Of a DNA stretch of 64,000 nt, positions 8,598 through 16,798 are shown piece by piece. The stretch comes from Candidatus Methanoxibalbensis ujae (GTDB lineage: Archaea > Halobacteriota > Syntropharchaeia > Alkanophagales > Methanospirareceae): NCBI GenBank assembly GCA_026134085.1, contig JAOQIN010000005.1, positions 9,489-73,488 on the forward strand, in the 5' to 3' direction. Every line of letters starts with the position of its first letter. The stretch's first letter is position 1. The position numbers were made by a program, and so were the translations under genes. The notes beneath the pieces were generated by a model. The model was not told where the DNA came from. It made no database searches and was given only the letters and a program-made list of their open reading frames with translations.

Positions 8598-9821
8598 TCA
8601 CATTATCTCACGCATTGCAGCGTTTTCAGCCATGCGAATGACCTCTCGCACGGGAATTTGCATTTCATCTGCTATGCGCCTTGCATCTTCAAATTCAGCG
8701 GATATGTCTATGAGATTTCCGCTGGAATCTCGGGCGATTTTCACACGGATTTCCTTTTCCATCTTTTTCATTGCATCTCCAGCGGGGGTTACGAATGGGA
8801 CTTTTATCAGCTTTATTTCACGCTGTGCTACGAAGCGGTTTTTGACGCACATCACGCGAACGCCGAGCGTGCCTGTTTCCATCATCATGCGGTGTGCAAT
8901 GCGCTCCGAATCCTCAGGTGCGACTACTGCGCGTATTATATGCCCCGCTCTACCCTTTTTCATAATTGCAGGCACTATTGACACATCCTTCGCGCCCTCA
9001 GCCATAAGCACATTTATGAGATTCCCGAGGATCTCTCCGGAGACATCATCAACATTTGTCTCAAGCAGATCAACGCATTCTCTTGACAAAACGCCGCAGC
9101 CGGTGTCCGCAATCTCTCCGATGGATGCACGGAGCACATTTGGCATCTCAGCAAAATCCGAGCTGCCAGCTCCGTATCCTGTGCGTGATATGCGCATTTC
9201 CGGCATGAAATTGACAAAATGATGGACGAAATGTGCGAGTATCGCAGCTCCTGTCGGTGTGAGGAGTTCAGCATCTATCGGACCTCCTCTGAAGGGTATG
9301 CCCGCTGATCGCAGTATTTCAAGAGTCGCAGGTGCGGGAACGGGCATTTTTCCATGCTCAACACGGACAAAACCACCTCCAACCGATGGACAGGTGCTCA
9401 TGACGACATCCGCATTGATCTCGGAAAATGCGATAGAACATCCAACAATGTCTCCTATTGTGTCAAGCCCGCCGAGCTCGTGAAAATGAACTTCCTCCTT
9501 CCGAACGCCGTGAACACTCGCCTCAGCCTCTGCAATTCTCTCAAAAACAGCGATCGCATCACGCACAATCTCATCACTCAGCCCGCTTCCCTCAATCATA
9601 CGCAACATATCTCCGTATGAAAGAATCCTCTCATCACCGTGAAATTGCACATGCTTCGCCTTTATCCCGCAGCGGACAACTGACCGCACATCAAACTGCA
9701 GACCCAACGCGGACACCGCATCCCCTATTTTCTCGGCAGGAACGCCTATGTCCAGCAGACTGCCTAATATCATATCGCCGGCAGCACCGGAGAATGGCTC
9801 AAAGAGAAGCGCCTTCTTCAT
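8598..9821 (-). CDS. larC: LarC, nickel insertion protein (DUF111; pyridinium-3,5-bisthiocarboxylate mononucleotide nickel chelatase)
   Basis: 407 aa. N-terminus MKKALLFEPFSGAAGDMILGSLLDIG is the DUF111/LarC signature. HFHELGGLDTIGDIVG and the C-terminal ferredoxin-like domain are present. Confidence 0.85.
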   Translation of the reverse strand: MKKALLFEPFSGAAGDMILGSLLDIGVPAEKIGDAVSALGLQFDVRSVVRCGIKAKHVQFHGDERILSYGDMLRMIEGSGLSDEIVRDAIAVFERIAEAEASVHGVRKEEVHFHELGGLDTIGDIVGCSIAFSEINADVVMSTCPSVGGGFVRVEHGKMPVPAPATLEILRSAGIPFRGGPIDAELLTPTGAAILAHFVHHFVNFMPEMRISRTGYGAGSSDFAEMPNVLRASIGEIADTGCGVLSRECVDLLETNVDDVSGEILGNLINVLMAEGAKDVSIVPAIMKKGRAGHIIRAVVAPEDSERIAHRMMMETGTLGVRVMCVKNRFVAQREIKLIKVPFVTPAGDAMKKMEKEIRVKIARDSSGNLIDISAEFEDARRIADEMQIPVREVIRMAENAAMREIM

Positions 9822-9877
9822 CTTTTAATATAAAGCGCTGCCGCCTTTTGTTTCTGTTGATCACCCGTGCACATCTC

Positions 9878-10771
9878 TTATTCCGCATCATCGCCCGCCC
9901 GCCACAGCCGAAAGCGAGGCGATGCAATCTCGCCCTCATAAACTTTTTCAGCAGGTCCCGTCAGGTATGCGGTGTCATTGTGCAGTTCAACAGTCAGCGT
10001 GCATCCTCTTGTCAGCACTTTGACAGGCTTTTTCGCGTCTATAAGTCCGAGCTTTTGCAGCGCAAAAACGGATGCTGTGGAGCCAGTGCCGCATGAAAGC
10101 GTCTCTCCAACGCCCCTCTCATATGTTCGCACTGCTATTTCATTCATCTCACTCCTGTCATCGCTGTCATCGCTGTCATCGCATCTGACAGCCACAAAAT
10201 TCACATTCACACCGCCGTCAAAGAGTGCTGAAATCCGGCGACCTATCGCATCAACATCAAAATCAAACGAATCAACGAGCATCACTGCATGCGGATTTCC
10301 AATGCTCAGCACAGTCAATCTGATCTCATCACTGCCCATCCTGAAAGGCGCATGAACACACTTGAATTCGGGCTTCCCCATCTCAACCCTCACTTCGCAG
10401 ACCTCCGCATCATCGCCAACTGCATCCACAATCTCAACGATGCGCACACCTCCCAATGTCTCAACACGCATCTTCCTCGGCGCGATGCCTTTATCATACG
10501 CATATTTCGCACAGCACCTTATGCCATTCCCGCTCATCTCCGCCTCTGAGCCATCCGCATTGAATATCCGCATTCTCACATCGTTCTCCGCGGAGTCGCA
10601 TACAAAAATCAAGCCGTCCGCACCAACGGAGAAACGCCGCCTGCAGAGCACACGAGCGATCTCCGAGAGCTCTCTTTCCGCAGCAGCCGATTCCTCCGAT
10701 GACACATTGAACTCATCTATCACAATGAAATCATTCCCACATCCATGCATTTTCGTGAAATTCAAACGCAT
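9878..10771 (-). CDS. dapF: Diaminopimelate epimerase
   Basis: MRLNFTKMHGCGNDFIVIDEF N-terminal signature; the second catalytic Cys context is SCGTGSTA. Contains an acidic DDSDDSDD insertion encoded by a 3 x 9-nt tandem repeat. Confidence 0.85.
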   Translation of the reverse strand: MRLNFTKMHGCGNDFIVIDEFNVSSEESAAAERELSEIARVLCRRRFSVGADGLIFVCDSAENDVRMRIFNADGSEAEMSGNGIRCCAKYAYDKGIAPRKMRVETLGGVRIVEIVDAVGDDAEVCEVRVEMGKPEFKCVHAPFRMGSDEIRLTVLSIGNPHAVMLVDSFDFDVDAIGRRISALFDGGVNVNFVAVRCDDSDDSDDRSEMNEIAVRTYERGVGETLSCGTGSTASVFALQKLGLIDAKKPVKVLTRGCTLTVELHNDTAYLTGPAEKVYEGEIASPRFRLWRAGDDAE

Positions 10772-11140
10772 ACTCCCACAAGATTATTTTAAAGAATTTA
10801 TTTTGCTATGAGATGCGGATTTCCCGTCATTGTCATTCCGCATGTCATTGTCATTCCGCATGTTGAATGTGGATAATATATGTGCTCACATGACTGTCAG
10901 AACCTCATAACTTTACCTCATGACTTTATATAAAAAAGGCTCGGGATGAGGATCTATGTCAACTGCTGCGAAGCAGGAGAGGCGTAAGCAGAAGAGAAGG
11001 CACTGCCTTAAGTGCCTGCTGCAGAAACGATCCATGTTATTGTTTGAAATTTGAACATCAATCATTGAGAGAACAGGTTTAATTCATGTCAAATCTGTCT
11101 ACCAAATGTCTCCATTCGAGAGGCGGGAAAAACCGATAGG

Positions 11141-11148
11141 TTTATATA
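11141..11148 (+). promoter_or_regulatory. TATA box (TTTATATA) with upstream purine-rich BRE-like sequence
   Basis: gggaaaaaccgataggTTTATATAac. An ATG at 11173 lies about 27 nt downstream of the TATA centre, consistent with a leaderless transcript. Confidence 0.45.
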
Positions 11149-11172
11149 ACCCCCTGCGACAAAGGTTATCCG

Positions 11173-11280
11173 ATGAGGGGCAGGAGCTGCCCTGAATGCC
11201 TGTGGACGCCGAACTCAGCTGAGATGGCGGATGAAGCAGGAAGCCTCCTGAGGAGGCACAGAAGAATGGGAAGGAGGTGA
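11173..11280 (+). CDS. Candidate leaderless small ORF (35 aa, CPEC motif), stop embedded in the SD of the next gene
   Basis: MRGRSCPECLWTPNSAEMADEAGSLLRRHRRMGRR. Its TGA lies inside the GGAGGTGA SD of the 11282 gene. The CPxCL..A..M......L..H pattern echoes the downstream protein. It is below the ORF-track size cut-off. Confidence 0.3.
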   Translation: MRGRSCPECLWTPNSAEMADEAGSLLRRHRRMGRR

Positions 11281-11281
11281 T

Positions 11282-11542
11282 ATGAAGAAAATGGCAAAAG
11301 CCAGATGTCCGTACTGTTTGGAGATTGTAGAAGCAGCAGATGCTATGGAAAGGATGGTGGAGCATGTCCTCGAATCTCATCAGGGACACCTGAGAGGAGA
11401 CTTCCTCGCGGAGGGTAAGGGAAGAATGCAGAGATGCCAGTGCGGCGCACCGATAGAGAAGCCCACGCTCGTATGCACGAAATGTGGTGCTCCACTGCTT
11501 CCACAGTATGCAAAGTTCCTGATTGAGAGGATGCCCGCATAA
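11282..11542 (+). CDS. Small zinc-finger/zinc-ribbon protein, hypothetical
   Basis: 86 aa with a strong SD GGAAGGAGGTGAT. CPYC...HVLESH (C2H2-like) plus CQCG...CTKCG (C4 ribbon). Confidence 0.6.
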   Translation: MKKMAKARCPYCLEIVEAADAMERMVEHVLESHQGHLRGDFLAEGKGRMQRCQCGAPIEKPTLVCTKCGAPLLPQYAKFLIERMPA

Positions 11543-11672
11543 GCGCTGACGCATCGTTTTCATACTGCATCAAACATTTCATCCTCATTCTCATATTTTT
11601 TAAGTTCTATTTCATCTACTGATTTTATTTTTATTTTATTTTATTTTTATTCTCATTTGATTCCTTAGAATG

Positions 11673-11978
11673 TCAAAGCCAGACGATCTGAGCGTGTGGA
11701 ATGCCCTGGACACGCAGCACATTTGTGGGTTCTACGAATCCCTTTTCAATGGCAAACCTCACAGCGCTCTCGCCGACTATGTTTGCGACAGTTGCACGCT
11801 TCAGCGCGTTCAGCGCTTCCTTTTCAGATGCGAGATCTCCCTTGTAAAATGCTGGAGAGACCTCAAGTGATATTTCGCCTTCCCTGAATGTCCTGCCGAT
11901 AAGCTCACGATCACACAGCGCAACGACAATTTCCATACCAATTTTATATGTCCGCAGGTAAAATTTTTTCTGCTCCAC
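11673..11978 (-). CDS. DUF424-family archaeal protein
   Basis: ..YLRTYKIGMEIVVALCDRELIGRTFREGEISLEVSPAFYKG...ANIVGESAVRFAIEKGFV...VQGIPHAQIVWL matches the DUF424 pattern. The tracked ORF start at 12083 overlaps tRNA-Ile, so a GTG at 11978 (or the ATG at 11936) is the likely start. Confidence 0.6.
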   Translation of the reverse strand: MEQKKFYLRTYKIGMEIVVALCDRELIGRTFREGEISLEVSPAFYKGDLASEKEALNALKRATVANIVGESAVRFAIEKGFVEPTNVLRVQGIPHAQIVWL

Positions 11979-12008
11979 ATAGATAATATAGGAGTGCAAA
12001 AAAGGAAT

Positions 12009-12082
12009 GGGCTCGTAGCTTAGCCTGGCGGAGCGCTCGGCTGATAACCGAGAGGTCCGGAGTTCGAATCTCCGCGGGCCCA
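12009..12082 (+). tRNA. tRNA-Ile (anticodon GAU)
   Basis: Cloverleaf read by hand. Acceptor GGGCUCG/CGGGCCC, anticodon stem CUCGG/CCGAG with loop CUGAUAA, T arm CGGAG-UUCGAAU-CUCCG, discriminator A. No encoded CCA. TATA-like ataatata lies about 20 nt upstream. Confidence 0.9.
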
Positions 12083-12213
12083 TCCATCGCCATCACCTCC
12101 CACGAGATGTCCTGTGATGTGATGACATCTGCGACATCCGCGACGCAGAATAAAACAGAATAAAAGGGAAAAAAGAAAAAGAAAAAGCAAAAAAAGACGG
12201 AGAGGCGTGAGAT

Positions 12214-12591
12214 ATGATAGAGACAAGGGTTGTTGTGATTTCGCCTGACTCTGATGTGACGCCTGAGCAGTTAAAAAGCAGGGCGTTCATGCTTATAGAC
12301 GAGATGAACGCATCTGACATTCGTGTGAAAGACACATGCTTTGGCATTCTCATAGAGGGGGAGTCCGACATTATCAGGGCGATCGTTGAGGAGCTGCGTG
12401 CGCTTGATAGGAACGGCATATTTTCAAAGGTCAGGGGATTTCCCATAGGAGATGCGCGTATATGCAGAGCTACGAGGGGGGGAGGACCCCGTCCCGGCTT
12501 CCACCAGATGGAGATCGAGCACAAGCTTTTGCCGAAGGTTCGCAGGGCGCTTGATATGATTGATAAAAAAGGGGAGCACAGTAGCAGGTAG
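12214..12591 (+). CDS. Conserved hypothetical protein upstream of fae-hps
   Basis: 125-aa ORF with an SD-like gacggagagg upstream. Contains [24 protein letters not shown] cannot assign a family from memory. Confidence 0.5.
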   Translation: MIETRVVVISPDSDVTPEQLKSRAFMLIDEMNASDIRVKDTCFGILIEGESDIIRAIVEELRALDRNGIFSKVRGFPIGDARICRATRGGGPRPGFHQMEIEHKLLPKVRRALDMIDKKGEHSSR

Positions 12592-12609
12592 CGGCAGCGG
12601 TGATAATAT

Positions 12610-13800
12610 ATGTATATTGGGGAGGCATTGGTGGGAGAGGGTGCTGAGGTTGCGCATGTTGACCTGATAATAGGCAGCAAATACGGACCTGTGGGTGTTG
12701 CGTTCTCAAATGCACTGAGCCAACTGTCCGCGGGACACACACCTCTCCTCGCGGTGATCCGTCCCAACCTGCCCACAAAGCCCTCAACAATCGTCATTCC
12801 AAAAGTGACAGTTCGCAACATGAAGGACGCTGAGAAGATATTCGGTCCCGCGCAGAGCGCTGTAGCCAAGGCGATCGCAGATGCGGTTGAGGAGGGCATC
12901 ATTCCGGCTGATAAAGCTGAGGACATGGTTGTCATTGCGAGTGTTTTCATTCATCCGCGTGCGAAGGACTACAACAAGATATACAGATACAACTACGGAG
13001 CTGCGAAGCTCGCTGTAAAAAGGGCGATGGAGGGATTTCCTGATGTGAAGAAAGTGCTTTATGAGAAAGACCGCTCAAGGCATCCTCTCATAGGGATGAA
13101 GGTGACGAAGCTGTGGGACCCTCCATATCTGCAGATTGCGCTTGACATTCCCTCATGGGAAAAAATGGAGAGGGTTGTGCGTGAGTTGCCGAAGAGTGAT
13201 CATCTGATAATTGAGGTGGGAACACCGCTCATAAAGAAGTATGGCGTGAGCTTCGTTGAGAGGGTCAAGGAGATAAGACCGGAGACATTTGTCGTTGCTG
13301 ATTTCAAGGTGCTTGATACGGGCAACCTTGAGGCGAGGATAGTCGCAGATGCGGGCGGCGATGCCGTCGTGATTTCAGGGCTTGCAGCAATGAGAACAAT
13401 TCAGAAAGCGATAGAAGAGGCGCACAAAACTGGAATTTACGCTTACATAGACATGATGAATGTTCCATCGCCAGCTGAGCTGCTCCGTGGGCTGGGCATG
13501 GGCGGTTCTTTTCCAGATGTTGTTGAGATGCATCGCGCGATTGATGTGGAAGTGGAGCAGGAGCATGCGTGGGGCGACATCTCGGAGATAAAGAATGCCG
13601 CATCTGGTAAAGTTCTCGTGGCAGTGGCAGGTGGCATTCGCGAGGACACCGCACCGCTCGCACTGCGGGCAGGCGCAGAGATCCTGGTTGTCGGAAGGGC
13701 TGTCACAAACGCACAGGATGTTGAGGGCGCATGCAGAAGATTTCTCAGAATACTGAGAAAGGAAGAAATAGATCAATACAGGGTGATGACTGACTTCTGA
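12610..13800 (+). CDS. fae-hps: Bifunctional formaldehyde-activating enzyme / 3-hexulose-6-phosphate synthase (Fae-Hps fusion)
   Basis: The N-terminal Fae domain is [30 protein letters not shown]. The C-terminal OMPDC-fold Hps domain is [10 protein letters not shown]...[13 protein letters not shown]...[15 protein letters not shown]...VAVAGGI. Confidence 0.85.
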   Translation: MYIGEALVGEGAEVAHVDLIIGSKYGPVGVAFSNALSQLSAGHTPLLAVIRPNLPTKPSTIVIPKVTVRNMKDAEKIFGPAQSAVAKAIADAVEEGIIPADKAEDMVVIASVFIHPRAKDYNKIYRYNYGAAKLAVKRAMEGFPDVKKVLYEKDRSRHPLIGMKVTKLWDPPYLQIALDIPSWEKMERVVRELPKSDHLIIEVGTPLIKKYGVSFVERVKEIRPETFVVADFKVLDTGNLEARIVADAGGDAVVISGLAAMRTIQKAIEEAHKTGIYAYIDMMNVPSPAELLRGLGMGGSFPDVVEMHRAIDVEVEQEHAWGDISEIKNAASGKVLVAVAGGIREDTAPLALRAGAEILVVGRAVTNAQDVEGACRRFLRILRKEEIDQYRVMTDF

Positions 13801-13859
13801 GCGTCCAGAAACAAAACATATTTATCTGAAGACATACATCTACAATTTCGGTGAGACGA

Positions 13860-14252
13860 ATGGAGCATGAAACTGTGATAATATGTAAGGACGGGACTGT
13901 GAACTCTTTTATAAGTTGCGTTGTCGCTGCAGCTAACAAGAAGAAAGCTGGAGAGGATGTGTGTGTGGTGTTCATGGATGAGGCACTTGCAGCAATCGCG
14001 GATAAGAAGCTCAGGTGGAGCCCGGGTCTTGAAGCCCGCGCAGACGCTATAAAAGCTGAGATGGAAAAGCGCAATATGACTGTTGAGCTTGATGGACTCA
14101 TAAAAATGGCAAAAGATGCTGGCGTTCCACTATACGCAAACATGGGATGGGTGAAAATACTCGCAATATCCCAGCCCGAAGGACTTGAACCGCTCGAACT
14201 TAAGGACTTCCTGGACGGACTCTCAAAAGCAAAACAGGTTATAACTATGTGA
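13860..14252 (+). CDS. DsrE/DsrF-like (COG2210-type) protein
   Basis: ETVIICKDGTVNSFISCVVAAANKKKAGEDVCVVFMDEAL...MAKDAGVPLYANMGW fits the DsrE-like fold pattern. The usual active-site Cys context is not obvious. Confidence 0.4.
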   Translation: MEHETVIICKDGTVNSFISCVVAAANKKKAGEDVCVVFMDEALAAIADKKLRWSPGLEARADAIKAEMEKRNMTVELDGLIKMAKDAGVPLYANMGWVKILAISQPEGLEPLELKDFLDGLSKAKQVITM

Positions 14253-14254
14253 TT

Positions 14255-14330
14255 TTTTGTTGTTTTCGGTTATTTTTTATTTTATTTTATTTTTTGTTTT
14301 TTGTTTTTTGTTTTTATTTGTTTATATTAT
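14255..14330 (+). terminator. Extended oligo-T termination tract
   Basis: Successive T5-T7 runs (tgattttttgttgttttcggttattttttattttattttattttttgttttttgttttttgttttt) lie directly after the stop at 14252. Confidence 0.45.
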
Positions 14331-15119
14331 TGCGTTTTTATTTATTTGACTTTTCCCCTTCAAAGGGGGGAGGGGGTTTTAAGGGAGGGAATTTGAGGTA
14401 ACAGGAGAAGGAGATATGGAAGCGGATGCGTCTTACTTCCGGAGATGATTGTTTCTGAGGAAAAAGAGGTGGAGAGAAGGGATCAAAACTGCGGTTCCTT
14501 AAATGTATGGGGTGCGGAATGGGGTGCGGCAGACAAAGACCTCATTTGAGCATCATCAGCTTCAGGGAGATTTTCCTCATTTTGAAGGAAGGCAAAATCG
14601 GCACTGAATCCGGATTATGATTCGGTGCTTTTGCCCATGAAGTGAAACAGCTTCTATGTGAAGATCACGAAGTATTTGGTATAGAATTGGATGAGGTATC
14701 AGAATATAATAGGAATAAGGGAGGGAAAGGCGAGGAGAGGAGCATCACGATGGGGAGATCAGAAGTGATGGTTGAGATGAAGGTGAAGCTGATCGGCGGG
14801 GAACTCAGATGAACACACTATCAATGAAACCCGTTTGATCTTCCTCCTATAATCCACGAACATGAGCCTATTTTTTATTAGCTTTTCAGTGAAACCGGGC
14901 GATGTGACAGCAGTCTTTCATCTCATTGTCATTCCATTTTTTGGAAAAATCACATTCCCCTGAATGCTTTCATTAACTCAACATGCACGGCATTAGCATG
15001 CGTTGAGCTTGCTTAGCTTGCGTTGTCGGGGCGTGGAAACAGAAAGGGAAACAGAGAGATAAAGAGAGAAAAAAAGAAAAAAATGGAGTTGCGAGAGCAG
15101 CTGAAATTGGGCGAAAGCC

Positions 15120-15542
15120 TCACTTGGGCACGGATGGCACGAATATCCAGCCGACGACAACTTCGTCCTTCGTCAGGAGGACCTTTACTAAATCTCCGAA
15201 TCTCTGTCTGACGACCAGAGGGCCCACATCAACATCATCAAGCTCCACGCCACTGCAGATTATGCCTATCGCCGTGCTGTTGCACATGATTATCCCTATT
15301 TCCCTGCCCCTTATGTCTGTGAGTTCGAACACCTCACTCTCATTAAGCGTGTTTTTCGCATCCTCAAGAATCTCATCAACATCTATGTCGTTGGAGCAAC
15401 AGAGCCCCATCAAACCACGTGCATTGCCCATCATTACTCCCTGCACTGTATTATGCTGCGCTGAAACCACATAACCTGAAAGCACCGTTGCAATCACCAC
15501 AGTAACAACAATTGTTCCGATGATTCCTCCAAATTTCCTCAT
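15120..15542 (-). CDS. Small N-terminally anchored or secreted hypothetical protein
   Basis: AAGGAGGTGATGTGAAA-ATG SD. MRKFGGIIGTIVVTVVIATVLSGYVVSAQ signal anchor. No recognisable domain. Confidence 0.55.
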   Translation of the reverse strand: MRKFGGIIGTIVVTVVIATVLSGYVVSAQHNTVQGVMMGNARGLMGLCCSNDIDVDEILEDAKNTLNESEVFELTDIRGREIGIIMCNSTAIGIICSGVELDDVDVGPLVVRQRFGDLVKVLLTKDEVVVGWIFVPSVPK

Positions 15543-15697
15543 TTTCACATCACCTCCTTTCCATTCCTCACTGAAATATTCAAAAATTATGATTATTAGC
15601 TTTCTCATTTTACAGAATTGTTGCCATATCTCGCCCATATCCCATCATAATTGATTCCAGATTTTTCCCAAATTTTCCCCAAATGCTGCATGTGCTC

Positions 15698-16099
15698 TCA
15701 TTTAAGGCTTATGTAGAGCAGTATGAGCAATGCGATGAACTCAAATAAGTCCGGCATCACTGAAAAATATCCAATTACGGGATATCTGTGATATTGATAG
15801 AATATAAGATTTGAAGTGAGTGCATGCATGATGAGCAGAACAATGAATGCGACAAGCCCAAGTGCAAACTTTGACTTCATCTGTTCGTAGTTTTTCAGAT
15901 ATATAAATAGAAGAGATATGAGTAATATCAGGTTTCCAAAAGTCAAAATCGCTTTTATATGTATCAACGGCATTCCATGCCGCGCAGCTGCCGAGTATGT
16001 GAGTTCCGTGAATGTTCCAATTACTGCAATAATGTTATTCAATGTTATGTCCATGATCATGTCTATCACCACAATTATGATAAACCACAAGATAACCAC
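15698..16099 (-). CDS. Integral membrane protein (about 4 TM), hypothetical
   Basis: 133 aa, strongly hydrophobic, downstream of the HTH regulator on the same strand. Confidence 0.5.
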   Translation of the reverse strand: MVILWFIIIVVIDMIMDITLNNIIAVIGTFTELTYSAAARHGMPLIHIKAILTFGNLILLISLLFIYLKNYEQMKSKFALGLVAFIVLLIMHALTSNLIFYQYHRYPVIGYFSVMPDLFEFIALLILLYISLK

Positions 16100-16262
16100 G
16101 GTCTATCACGAAGTCCATGCGATTACTACATCCTTCCGACTCCACACACCTCTTCATCTCATTCACACTTCTCATCCTCGCTATCCCTCCATCCTCATCA
16201 TGCCATCATGCCTCATCACTCATCATGCCTCATCATGCCTGATACACATTACTCCAACATGC

Positions 16263-16628
16263 TCATTTCCTCTCACTCTCTTCTCCCTTTCCGTGCTCCT
16301 TCTCAAATTTCTCCCACATTCTGTTCAGAAAATCCTCAAAAATTTCATATTCACGCTCCATATGTGCGGATAGAAAATAAACAACACCATATTTATCGCC
16401 TGCTGACTCTATAACACCATTATCCTGCAAAATTTTCAGATGATGTCTCACTGTTTTATAATCTAAATTGAGGAGTTCTGCAAGTTGATTTGCATTATAT
16501 GGCCTTTCTTTAAGCGCTTTAATTATAAGTGCGCGGTTCATACCTCCCTTACTGCCAACGAGCAACCACCAAATTATTCGTTTCACATGGATACTATCCC
16601 CGCCCAAAAGATATATTGACAGCCGCAT
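16263..16628 (-). CDS. Winged helix-turn-helix transcriptional regulator (ArsR-like)
   Basis: RIIWWLLVGSKGGMNRALIIKALKERPYNANQLAELLNLDYKTVRHHLKILQDNGVIE is a wHTH recognition-helix pattern. Confidence 0.7.
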   Translation of the reverse strand: MRLSIYLLGGDSIHVKRIIWWLLVGSKGGMNRALIIKALKERPYNANQLAELLNLDYKTVRHHLKILQDNGVIESAGDKYGVVYFLSAHMEREYEIFEDFLNRMWEKFEKEHGKGEESERK

Positions 16629-16798
16629 ATGGCAACATCAGTCGCATCCTCCAACGGGCGTTCATCCTCGCCAGCAATGCTGCTCAAACACTTCGCTTCA
16701 CAACAGTCGCTTTTCAGCTTCCATTTTTCAGTTTTTGTTTCATTCAGTTTCTGTTTTATTCAGTTTCATTCAGTTTCAGGTTTCATTCAGTTTCAGTT

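Noticed and set aside
8548-9222. 224-aa ORF on the plus strand
   Set aside because: It is entirely antisense to the well-supported larC gene. Its Ser/Arg/Ile-rich composition is typical of shadow ORFs, and it has no SD.
9458-10096. 212-aa ORF on the plus strand spanning the larC-dapF junction
   Set aside because: It is antisense to two supported genes and has an Arg/His/Gln/Ser-biased composition.
12093-12950. 285-aa ORF on the minus strand
   Set aside because: It is antisense to the 125-aa gene and to fae-hps, both of which have strong motif support. It is a shadow ORF.
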